The translations under genes were made by a program, and so were the position numbers. From the NCBI RefSeq assembly GCF_006345805.1, contig NC_043006.1:77562001-77626000 (forward strand): a stretch of DNA of 64,000 nucleotides, in the 5' to 3' direction. Of this stretch, positions 26,956 through 37,880 are shown piece after piece. Under the pieces are notes generated by a model that saw nothing but the letters and a program-made list of their open reading frames with translations, did no database searches and was not told where the DNA came from. This DNA comes from Octopus sinensis (taxonomy: Eukaryota). The stretch's first letter is position 1; each line of letters opens with the position of its first letter.

Positions 26956-27146
26956 GTCGTCAGAATTTTGGAAAAAAAGATACTTTTATTTCTTCATTAT
27001 TATTAGCGCTTCCGTTCCTCTCCAGAACTTGTCACGTTCTAGAGAGGAATAATATTGAAGAAACAAAAGCGCTAATAATATTGAAGAAACAAAAGCGCTA
27101 ATAATATTGAAGAAATAAAAGGATTTTTTTCCAAAATTCTGATGAC
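26956..27146. repeat. Fold-back with internal 26-bp tandem duplication and hammerhead remnant
   Basis: GTCGTCAGAATTTTGGAAAAAA.. is inverted at ..TTTTTTCCAAAATTCTGATGAC. AATAATATTGAAGAAACAAAAGCGCT occurs twice plus a partial copy from 27048. Minus strand has hairpin-GGAA-GCGC-TA-ATAATA but no CUGANGA in place. Confidence 0.75.
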
Positions 27147-27224
27147 ATTTTGTCCCAATATTCAATTCTGTACATCACACCTAACACTTATACATACATA
27201 CATTACATACATAGATACATATAT

Positions 27225-27267
<43 letters not shown>

Positions 27268-27384
27268 AATAGTAAAAAGTGAAAAAACTACAGAAGGCTT
27301 GTTTTAAAAGGTTAAAAAATATATATTTGAGTCAATATGTCTGAAGAATGTTATAATTTTTTTTCATACATTGACATAGTATAG

Positions 27385-27424
27385 AAGAAATGACCGGTTT
27401 CGCGTACAACTTTTCAAATTTCTT
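27385..27424 (-). ncRNA. Minimal hammerhead, U3-A8 core, in PLE 3' terminal repeat
   Basis: Minus strand AAGAAAT-TTGAAAA-GT-TGTAC-GC-GAAA-CCGG-TC-ATTTCTT. Perfect 7-bp helix I, GUC cleavage triplet (cut between 27392 and 27391). Confidence 0.8.
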
Positions 27425-27502
27425 AAGTCGTTATGTTTACGTTGAGTGATGATCTAGATAATAAGTGATTTCCTCCCGTGTAAGGGAGATAATCGCTTAG
27501 AA

Positions 27503-28906
27503 TTATTTGCCTTTCTTTTGGATTGAGTTTCTCTGTATAAGTATGTTGGAATGGTTAAGTTTGGGCTTGTATTTTTCAATGAAGAATGTTTCCTTGTTTA
27601 GTCCAATTTGTGTTGGTGTTCCGATAGCACATTGGTAGAATGGAAAGATTAGAAATTGTGGTAGTAGTTGCTTTGCGCATTTCTCAATGTGCTCACTAAA
27701 GGGTATCATTATGTATTCTGAGAATGCAATCTGTTGTCGATGCAGTGTGCATCTACGTCTGAGTGATAGTCCCGTGGATCCCACGTAGTCTTGGTGGCAG
27801 CCCGAGCATTTTATGACATAAATTATGTTTTCAGAGGCACAAGTAAAATTAGATTTGATCTTGAATTTCTGTCCCTCTTTGAAGAGGAATTCTGATCCTT
27901 CTAGCAGGTTTGGACATGTTGCAAAGTTCGGTCTACCACATTTTTTTACTTTTGCATCCGTAATTTCAGAAAACAATTTTGCCTTTGTGAGAATCTTTTT
28001 AAGTGATTTAGGTTGTTTGTAGCTTTTAATGATTTGGTGTATGTTTAGAATTTCCTTTAATTTGGGGTCCTTATGAAGTATTGGTAAATTCTGGGTGATG
28101 ATGGTGAAGGCTTCTTTGTTTCTGGGGTTGTATGTGGATATGTAAGGTAGTATTTTCGGGGAAGGTGTGTTGTTGTGTTGAACTTTTCTGATCCCATCCT
28201 CTATGAGTTGAGCTGGGTAATGTCTGTCAATTAGGGTGTTTTTGAGTTCTTGCAGTCTAAAGTTCCTGGTATTTTGTTCTGACACTATTGTGCATATCCT
28301 TCTTGCAAGGTTGAAGGGGATGTTTGTTTTAGTGTGTCTTGGGTGGCATGAATAAAAAAGAAAGTATTGTTTGGCGTCTGTGGCTTTGTAAAACATGTCT
28401 ATTTCTATTTTAAGGTTAATTTTTTTAATTAGTATATCCAAGAATGAGAGCTCTTTTTTGTCGTATTCAATTGTGAACTGTATATTTGGGTTTATGCTGT
28501 TCAATAGGTTTTTAAATTTTAGGAGTTTATCTGTGTTTTCATTCCAGAGTATAAAACAATCGTCCAGGAATCGTTTCCAATTCTCTTTTATGTATTGAGA
28601 GAGGGGGTTTCCATATATTGATAAAGATTCCTGGTAAATGATTATTTCCAGGTAGCCCATTGTTAAGTTCGCAATGACTGGTGCTGCCCTTGTACCCATA
28701 GCAATTCCGGATTTTTGACGGTAAAATGTATTGTCAAACATGAAGTGGTTATTATGTAGGATGAATTCAATTGATTTAGTAATGAATTCTTTACTGATTC
28801 TTTTTGGTATTTCTTCCGGAAATTGGTACAGCCAGGACTGTATTGCCTCTAGTCCATAATTATGAGGTATACTGGTATATAAGTTAACTACATCAAATGA
28901 GACCAT
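27503..28906 (-). CDS. PLE reverse transcriptase + GIY-YIG endonuclease (N-terminally disrupted)
   Basis: SFDVVNLYTSIP, QKSGIAMGT, RFLDDCF, LSFLD, YSCHP; Cys linker KCGRPNFATCP; IIYVIKCSGC..YVGST..R...HR..; KETFFIEKYKPKLN. 467 codons open. Confidence 0.93.
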   Translation of the reverse strand: MVSFDVVNLYTSIPHNYGLEAIQSWLYQFPEEIPKRISKEFITKSIEFILHNNHFMFDNTFYRQKSGIAMGTRAAPVIANLTMGYLEIIIYQESLSIYGNPLSQYIKENWKRFLDDCFILWNENTDKLLKFKNLLNSINPNIQFTIEYDKKELSFLDILIKKINLKIEIDMFYKATDAKQYFLFYSCHPRHTKTNIPFNLARRICTIVSEQNTRNFRLQELKNTLIDRHYPAQLIEDGIRKVQHNNTPSPKILPYISTYNPRNKEAFTIITQNLPILHKDPKLKEILNIHQIIKSYKQPKSLKKILTKAKLFSEITDAKVKKCGRPNFATCPNLLEGSEFLFKEGQKFKIKSNFTCASENIIYVIKCSGCHQDYVGSTGLSLRRRCTLHRQQIAFSEYIMIPFSEHIEKCAKQLLPQFLIFPFYQCAIGTPTQIGLNKETFFIEKYKPKLNHSNILIQRNSIQKKGK

Positions 28907-30150
28907 GATTGTTTCTTCCTTGGCTTTTTTTTGGAAGGTGGTTTGACATATCTAAGTCATCTCTGATATGGCTATCGATATGTTTAAGGAAGGGTTTCAG
29001 GAGGATGTCCATAAATAGACTTAGTCTGTGTGTTTCACAGGTTGGGCCAGCAACAATGGGTCGTAGTTTTAGGTCCTCCGGGTTAGGTGTGTGTATGTCT
29101 TTGGTGATTTTTAAATGGTTTCATTTATAATTTGGCTTTTATGAATTTTTGGCAGATCATAGAAGAGGTTAGGTTTGCATTTAAAGTTTGTTAGAAAGTC
29201 AATACACGACGTCTTCGCGTTTTAGCAATTTATGACTTGCTGTCGTCGTGATGAAATTGATCCTACACAACCTGATTCTACAGCGTAGCTCTTCGCTTAC
29301 GTTTCATACCTAGCATTGAAATATTTATATGATTTCGTCTGCACTCAAACGAATTTTAAAACTGCTAGTCACTATTAGTTATTCGGTTCTTATTTTGGTC
29401 ATTTGTCAGCTATCGCAGTAGATATATTGCCGAAGTGCGGTTCATTTCAAACTTTCCTTTAAATGTGTTTGGGATATTTGCCAATTCCTAGTTTTTCTAT
29501 GGCTTCACAGTAGTTAGAAAGTACGGGTCACTGAATACATGAAGAGAAATTGAAAGGAGCTGACCCTACTATTTGACTACTATTTTAAGTATCGAATATA
29601 GGAAATAAAATTCCAATCAAATAACCAGAGAGACGATAGCAGAAGTACTCTATACGGCACCTCAAATATTCATTCTTTAAACACACGGAAAGTAGAAACA
29701 TTATGTCTATTGTCAGTAATTTTGTAATTATTTCCATACCTATTGGTATGATTTCTATGAGTTGTAGTTTGAGATAAAAGTCTGTAAGGCGGGGTACATA
29801 TGCCCGCTGACTTCCAGTTTTTTTTATCTCTTTCCACACTTTATATTCACTCCATTGTATTTGATATCGTATTGAATTTCAACTTCACTGTGGAAGAGGA
29901 TAACAAATATAGGGTGTTAGCGTATATAATTAAAATGAGATAATGAGAATATCATCAATAATTTTTATGCGAGTCTCTGTAATGTGGCGAACAAGAAAGA
30001 ATAGAGAAAGTTTTGAAATAGTTCTATGGAGGAATGAACATAATGAAAGAATATATATTTGTAATATTGAAGTGTTCTTTGGCTAAAATCAGCTAAGGTG
30101 TATACACTTCGAAATCATTGAAATAAATTTCTTCCCAACACTGATAAGTA

Positions 30151-31778
30151 CAGTTGCGGCAAAATGTTCAGAACGGCATTGTTTTCGTCAGAAAAGTAGG
30201 TATAAGTTTTCATCAAAGTTGTTTTATATTCTCTAATTTTCACAGACAATAACTACGATATTATTTGTTGTTGTCTGAGATTTTAGTGTAGTTTGAGAGG
30301 ATAATACAAAGGTTATGGATGATTTAGCGATTTACTGCAAAACTCATGGCGGCCAAAATGATCAGAGCGGTTGCTTTTACTCCATGTTTTAGTATATTTA
30401 ACCGTCGAACTCTAATGTTTTGAATTTTTTTACGTGACAGTTCGTTTACTAAACATTAGTAAGAATATCTGCAGTTTACTTTGTTAATATAATGCCACTT
30501 ACTCTGTTACCAATTCGTCAGCAGATTATTAAGCTTCGAAAGAAGGATAACTTAAGTATTAGGTCTATTGCAAAGATTGTTAACAAGTCAAACAGGATTG
30601 TTCACGGTATTCTTAAGGTCTTACCATGATTGTGGTTCGTGTGAAGCAAAAAAGTCTACAGGTAGGCCAAGAAAAACGACCAAGAGAGAAGATCGTGCTA
30701 TGGTAAAGTTGGTTAAAAAGGACAGATTTAAAACTGCTGCTGCTGTTTTTCGGGAAATGAGCATTTTACTGAAGAAAACTTTATCTCGAAAAACTGTGTC
30801 TCGTCCTTTAGTTGAACATGACCTACAAGCAAGAGTACCTGCAGTGAAGCCACTGATCAGCTCCAAGAATAAAAAGTGTCGTCTTACCTTTGCAACCGAT
30901 CATGTGTTGTGGTCTCAAGAAAAATGGCAAACGGTGCATTTCAGTGATGAATCTAAGTCTATGTTATTTGGCTCAGATGGGAAAAGGTACGTTCGTAGAA
31001 AAGTAGGTGAAAAATTGTCTCCTAAATGCCTTAAGACTAGTGTTAAATTCGATGGAGGAAGTGTCATGGTTTGGGGGATGATATCTGGAGATGTTGTGGG
31101 CCCTTTGCTGCGATTACATGGAAAGGTAAATGCAGGAGTTTATAAACAACTTGTAAAAGATCATGTCTTGCCTGTGCTGAGAAATTCAACTAAGCGACCA
31201 CCCATATTCATGCAGGACAATGCCCCATGTCACAAGGCTAAGATGGTCATGAACTTCCTCAAGGCTGAAAAGGGTTATTGTTATGGATTGGCCTGCTCAA
31301 AGCCCAGACCTCAATCCTATTGAAAATGTGTGGAATATTCTAGAATGTTTGAAAGCCAGAAATCCTAAAACAACCGAGCAATTATGCAATGCCCTTCAGG
31401 AAAAATGGAATAAGATCACCCAGCAAGAAATTGAAAATTTAATTTCCCCATGCCGTCTAAAATGTCAAACTTTGATTGAAGCTAAAGGGCTTTACACTAA
31501 ATACGAAATAATTCCAGTATTCTCTGTCACTTTTTGATTATTTTGTTATTTTTTAAACCGTTCTGATCATTTTGGCCGCCATGGGTTTTGCGGTAAATCA
31601 CTATATCATCCATAACTTTTGTATTATCCACTCAAATTACACCAAAATCTAAGACAATACCAATTAATATTGTATTTATTGTCCGTGAAAATTATAGAAT
31701 ATAAAACAACTTTAATAAAAACTTATACTTACTTTTCTGACAAACACAATGCCGTTCTGAACATTTTGGCCGCAACTG
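30151..31778 (+). mobile_element. Tc1-family transposon with long (about 220 bp) IR/DR-type TIRs
   Basis: TA-CAGTTGCGGC..AAAATGTTCAGAACGG at both ends. Inner direct repeat GCGGCCAAAATGATCAGA.CGG at the internal TIR boundary. TA flanks. Confidence 0.95.
30492..31537 (+). pseudogene. Tc1 DD34E transposase with two frameshifts
   Basis: MPLTLLPIRQQIIKL.., GRPRKTT, FSDES, SVMVWG, MQDNAPCH, WPAQSPDLNPIENVW. Frameshifts near 30620 and 31280. Confidence 0.92.
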
Positions 31779-34544
31779 TATATTAAATAATATCAAAACG
31801 CAACATTAAAGAGAAATTTACTTTCAGTATCAACTCTTGAACATGAAGAGAATTGAAATGGCTGTCTGAAAAGAAATTTGAAAATCATTCAAACAAAATG
31901 CATAAAACAGCGAAACGGTTTAAACAAACAAAACAAAATGTACAATAAAATACAGTTTTCACTCTTTATGCATTCTCCTTTTACTCAGACTTATTTTTTC
32001 ACTTTCACTACGTCATTCCCTATCTCACACATCCGTTTATACCTCTCTGCTTCTCTCTGTCTCTCAAACAATAAATTTGATTCAGCATGATATTATTAAA
32101 GAAGTTAATGAGATGTGTTCATGTTATCGTTTATAGCCTGGAATACTATTATATACTTCATGCTGAATGCCAGAACGTGGCACATCTCTATTTGATTTAT
32201 GCCTCCGAAAGCCGAGGTAAAACAGATTTTTATTTTATTTCATATCAGGCATATTTTCAGCCCTCTCAACGAATATCACACAAGTGAACATTATAGAAGC
32301 GTAGTGTCGTTTTAAAAGCGATGAAATTCAATAGGGATGTACTTATGCTGTATATTAAAATGAGTATGTCACATTAATAAGTTTTTAAATAATACTATCA
32401 TTTTGAATAGGTTTGATTCGTCTAATACTTTAATCCATTGAATTAGATTCAGACGTAAAACTGTCGAGTAATATAACAAGATGAGTAATAGCAGTATATT
32501 CTCGCATGAATATACTGAAATTATTTCGATATTCAATTTCTCCGCATTAAATATCTCCAAGAAAAATCGGGAACAATCAAGACTTGCTTTCTACTTGATG
32601 TTTTCCATAAGAAATACTGTTGATCGTTCATAGAACCGTACCCATTTCAGCCAGTAAAATCAGATAAACGGGACGAAATCTGAGATAAGGCAGTGTTTAC
32701 TTGCAGGACCGTTTTCCAGTATCATTTTAAATGGAAAGTATGTAGGAGTATTCTATGCGTTTACACCGGCCAAAAGAAGGATATTCAACTTAAAATTGCT
32801 CAACCACAATAATGTAACCACAAATTACTAGAGAAACGAATTTCCTATGTCAGGTTAGAAAATATTCAATTATGAGTTATACATTGATGAATTCACTGGA
32901 TCCTGAAAATAATATTGGATGACACAAACGTGCATGCATTTTCTTAGAAACTTCCTATGAAACATGATATAGTGAATCTACTTGAACATACAGGGAAGTG
33001 ATTTTCATTTGGATTTTTGTCTCTAAACACGCGTAGACATTTTTCAAAATCATTAATGAATATATTTGCTACGTAAACTATTTATTTTGTATTTATAAAT
33101 TATGACTGATTCCTTTTATTGTAAGCCTTAGATTGATCATAACGCAAGAACTTTTCAAGTAATAATCTTATTTCTAATTGTATTTCTATAAACATCTCCG
33201 TTTACAAGAGAAACTTTAGCTCTGTTTCTCAAAGCTATTATAACTTTCATACTTTATTTATTTCTTCTTATAGCAACACGTTTAAGAGATCTTCATGAAT
33301 GTCATCTATGAAATTATTCATATAAGATGCTCATGAATAAGTTACTTTACTTGTTGAAATATGAAATTGATTGCTAAAAGGATGCTGTGACAATTTGATT
33401 AAACATGCGCCTTTTCGAAAGAAAAAAAAAAGTGTGAATATTAATTGACAATATTAATTTATCTTGAGAAAGAAATTCTCTACCAGAGAATGAGGAATTA
33501 TTTCTTTCTTTATGTGTTTAATTATTTTTATCATTTTAAGAGAAAGTCATCAGAAGTGCTTGCGAAAACAAATTATCTTTGGAAATATATTAAATGTAAG
33601 AGAAGAAAGTTTTAAATGTCATTGTTTTCTAAAACATAAAAATGATGCGAATTTTATGATTTATTATACCATAAGGAAACAATAACCTTTCAATATTAAA
33701 TCGCATATATTTTTATTAAAAGAAAACAGAATGCGTTATATGTTGAGCAACTTCCTGAAAGCAAAGTATAATTCCGTCAGTATTGAAGTGAATATTCTTT
33801 TGACAGAAAATAATGCAAATTAGCTCAATGCTAGCAACGAAATAATATCTAAAACAATAATCAATTTCTATTGGTGATTTCTAATTGATTGAAGGGTTTC
33901 TTATAAATCAATACAAATAAATGCTCTTTTATTCGTCTACCTATAATTATTATTTCATTAATGTTATTTTTATGTTGTATTCAAATATACTAATAATTGC
34001 TTATTAAAACCCAGATCGACAACTCCAATCACCATTAAGAACTTTTAATCACATTTGTCTAATCCCTTTAATTTCTGATGTTGCCACTTATATTTTCTCT
34101 TTAATTGTAATTTTTACTTTAAACATTTTTGCATTTTATATATTGATTTTCCTATTCTAATTTTGTTTAGCATTCAATAACTTTTCATCCAATTTCCAAA
34201 TTGCCAACACCTTCACAATTCCATTATTAAATTTGTGAAAAGATTTGCAGTTCTCCGTTCTTAAAATTCACGCTGACTATACAAGTTATGACGTTGATTA
34301 TATAACAGTCATAATTTTAAAAATGCAGCCACGGAACATCCTAATGAGTATCCTGAGAGATGAGAAATTCAATTTGCTTTTAGTTATCCATATTTTCAGG
34401 TTTAGACATTTCATGTAAAAGACATGATGTGTAAAGTTTTACTACATAAGTTATATTTCGCAATATTTCATTTAATATGCGACATCGCGGATGAATTATG
34501 AATTGCTCATTTGTGTCTCAGGTCCTGTACACATACGCACACAA

Positions 34545-34545
34545 A

Positions 34546-34599
<54 letters not shown>

Positions 34600-34825
34600 G
34601 TGTGTATGTATATATATATATATATATGTATATATATGTACATACATACATATATATATATATAATATATATATGTATATATATATGTGTGTATGTATAT
34701 ATATATATATATATGTATATATATGTACATACATACATATATATATATATATATGCATATATATATACATATATATATGTACATATATATATATATATGT
34801 ATACGTATATATATATATATTATAT
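34545..34825. repeat. Compound TA/CA/TG microsatellite
   Basis: Directly visible; source of several spurious ORFs. Confidence 0.95.
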
Positions 34826-36316
34826 GTCCAGATGTTTTGCGTTCTTGTCCAATTTTGTACTATATATATAAATACAAAACAGTTTCAATCATATCTATAT
34901 GGCTTGAATATTAACGTGAACCGTAAGGCGGACCCATCCTATCAGGGATTAGCTGAGGGATTTGAAACCCTTGTTTATCAGCTCAGTTTAGACGCTGTTA
35001 AGGATACAGGCGCTACATCACTTGAATATACATGTATATATAAGAAAACATATGTATAACGCGCGTCGATGTGTGTGTCTGTGTGTGTGTATATGTGTGT
35101 GTACGTGTGTGTGTACATGTGTGTGTGTGTGTGTGTGTATGTTTCTAACATAATCTCTGAAACTATATTTAATTGTTATTGTCTTTAACTTCAGAAGTGT
35201 TCATTGGACTAGCAGATGGTGTAATAAAAAATTGTTGCCATTTAAGTAAACTAATTCTACAGTCTATCAAAATCAAATTCCGTACAACTACGCTGCTGCC
35301 ATGTGAGCTCATTCAATTGATTTTGTCCTCTTCTTTCTTTCATTTTCATCTTGGCAACCGGAAATCTTAATTTTAATATTGCAAAAGTGAACAACATTTC
35401 AACGTAGCTATTTATCAACTGACTGGCCATTGGATAAAAGTAAGTTTTGTCGTTAAATATATGTTATGTTTTATTTCTAATGGAATTTTTCAGATTAAGA
35501 GAACAATCATTTACACCTGACAATTCTGTCCACATTGAATAGAAAGCATTTCAATTATCGTCATATACCCGCAGCGTAAACTCTAAATGCCGGTTACATT
35601 ACTGTTTATGACAACGTTTTAGATGTAAGCTTTGCTGAATATTATACTAATATCGGCCATGGTAATCACACACACGAAAAATAAATATTCTGTTACATAT
35701 TATGCCAATGTATTGTACACTCTTTAAATCATATTGTTAAATGGGAAAAGAAATGGGGAGCAAATAGTATCGGCATGTCAAATCTTACAGTGGCACACCA
35801 TTCAGCGAAATGAGTGAAACATGGTATGTAACATAAGCATTTAAACTAACGACGAGCAAAAGAGAGCAAAAATACTATCAGTGTCCAAAGTCCAAAAGTT
35901 GGAGGTATCTAATCATAATTTGTCATTAGAAATGGAAAGTGTAGGCACGTAGATTCCATGTGTTGTTCATTCAAAGGGGTCATGTGCCGTGAATAAAATT
36001 TTGAGAATGTAGAGAATAAATGTTTGAGAATTAAGTAGATAGAGAGGAGGGAAAAGAGGTGTATGCTACACTGAATAACTGAAGAAAGAAGTAAGGAAGA
36101 GAAATGAAGAGAAATGAGAAAATGGAGTATTACTCCAATGGTGGTCAAGATATTAAGAGGGTGGTAGGAGTAGGTAAGAACGTAAGGAATGAATATATTT
36201 AGGAGTGGGAGGTCGGGTGATGTGTTTGAAAAGCACTAAAGTGTAGGGATGGGTAGAGAAAATGGTACGGTGAGCTTACGAAACTGAGTAGTAAACCTCA
36301 AAAAGGAAGGGATGAC

Positions 36317-36385
36317 TAAAGGCGGTGCTCCAGCATGGCCGCAGTCAAATGTCTGAAACAAGTAAAAGAGTAAAAGAGTATAAGA
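36317..36385 (+). mobile_element. SINE 3' tail
   Basis: AAAGGCGGTGCTCCAGCATGGCCGCAGTCAAATGTCTGAAACAAGTAAAAGAG. Confidence 0.85.
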
Positions 36386-36559
36386 GATATAAATACACAA
36401 AGACGTGAAAAAACATGGGAATATAAATAAATAAAGATAAAGATAAAGATGCGAAAAGTAAAGACGAAAAAAATAAGGATAAAAAATAAAAAATAAAAGT
36501 AAAAATAAAGGTAATGCATTGTTAACCGCAATTAGGGAAATGAGGCAAAATATAAATAA

Positions 36560-37803
36560 AATGCTTACAGGATGTCTGGTTGCTAATGGCTATAGTTTGG
36601 TGATGTGAAGAATGCAGTAGAGGAATAACTAATGTAGGGCTGTTTGTAGACATTCTTTTGTTCCTTCAGGAGCATAGATTGATAAGTTGTCAGTTTAACC
36701 AACTCTGGAACAACCGACGTAGAACTGCCCATGTGAAAAGCACGATGTTCGAAGGCCCAATCCGACAACTTCAGCAACTTGTGCTTTGTTAATTACCATG
36801 GTGAAGCTGAATTTCAGAAGGAACTGAATTCTATGTTGGAATTAACTGAATTTTCGGAATGATAACAGTATCGTATTTGCCGTGTCCCGTGATAATTTGA
36901 GCTTCAATGACGTGGGCCATCATTTGTTTGACCACAAGGCGAGTCCTGTTGTATAGAGTGGGTGCGTTTAGATTGCGTAGGAGAATGACAGAGCAATCAA
37001 CTTTTAAGTGGTTCATGGAGAGGGAGTCCTGGGGAAACTTGTGTGTTGAGGAATTCAGTTGGAAAGTGTGTAACCTGATCAAAGTTGGTAACGGTGTCAG
37101 CTGATCTGTAACAACGTTCTTGAGAAGGTAGCTGACTAAATCGTAGTTAAGAGTGCTGACAGCTGCATTTGTAGGAGCAAGGACAGCTCTGTCGTGAAGA
37201 CAATCTGGTTTGGTGGTTTGCACTGAATGGAGATTGTAAAAAACTGTATAACTGTCACAAGTTGGTACTAGTAAAAGCATATGTGTAATATGGATTAATT
37301 TCTGAAGGGATTTAAAAAGAATTAAAATTTGATTTAAATTGCAAGGCTACGTGAAGGAAATGTTAATATGCAAATAGGGTCGGTCTGCAGTGAATGGGTA
37401 TTGCAAAGAGTTACTCTCGGTCATATATACAAACAAACACACACAAACGCACACACACATCTTCCGGTGTAAGGCACATAATGAATTTCGGACTGTTACT
37501 TCACAAAGTGTTACCTCTCTTGTCCTCTGTAGAAGGTTTTTCTGAGGTTCTGACCGTAGAATTTCCATAACTCCATATTACTCCGAAAGGGAAAAAAATC
37601 TAAAGAGCGTAAAACCATATATGGAATATAAGTGATGTATTTGCCAAGCGCGAACGAAATCGGATGGAAAGTATTGTTTTTACGTGAGAACAAGCTAATG
37701 GACGGTCACACACGTACACACACACACACACACACATATATACACACATGCACACACACACACACATGCACACACACGCATCTTCCGTCTTATATATTAT
37801 AGA
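36560..37803 (-). mobile_element. Internally deleted Helitron with PIF1-like helicase C-terminus
   Basis: RAVLAPTNAAV, VILLRNLNAPTLYNRTRLVVK, IPKI; degenerate INKAQ and FSHGQFYV motifs downstream. Candidate 5' end A|TCTATAATATATAAG at 37803. No clean CTAG 3' end seen, so boundaries are approximate. Confidence 0.75.
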
Positions 37804-37814
37804 TATATATTCCA

Positions 37815-37880
37815 CGGACTTCTTTTAGTTTCCGTCTACCAATTCCACTCGCAAGGTTTTTGTCGGCCCAAAGCTAACTC
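37815..37880 (-). mobile_element. SINE head fragment
   Basis: CTTCTTTTAGTTTCCGTCTACCAATTCCACTCGCAAGG. Confidence 0.75.

Larger units (their letters stand above)
27264..29205 (-). mobile_element. Penelope-like retroelement (probably Neptune-type), 5'-truncated
   Basis: FYDLPKIHK and LRPIVAGPTCET upstream with two frameshifts (near 29110 and at the A-run near 28925), then the 467-aa ORF, a 3' UTR with hammerhead, and a tail into (TA)n at 27264. Confidence 0.92.

Noticed and set aside
27048-27120. 26-bp direct repeats resembling a CRISPR array
   Set aside because: The repeats are contiguous with no spacers, the context is eukaryotic, and there are no cas genes.
29290-29345. Minus-strand CAGACGA...GAAA-CG-TA just 5' of the PLE
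   Set aside because: Helix I and helix II do not pair convincingly.
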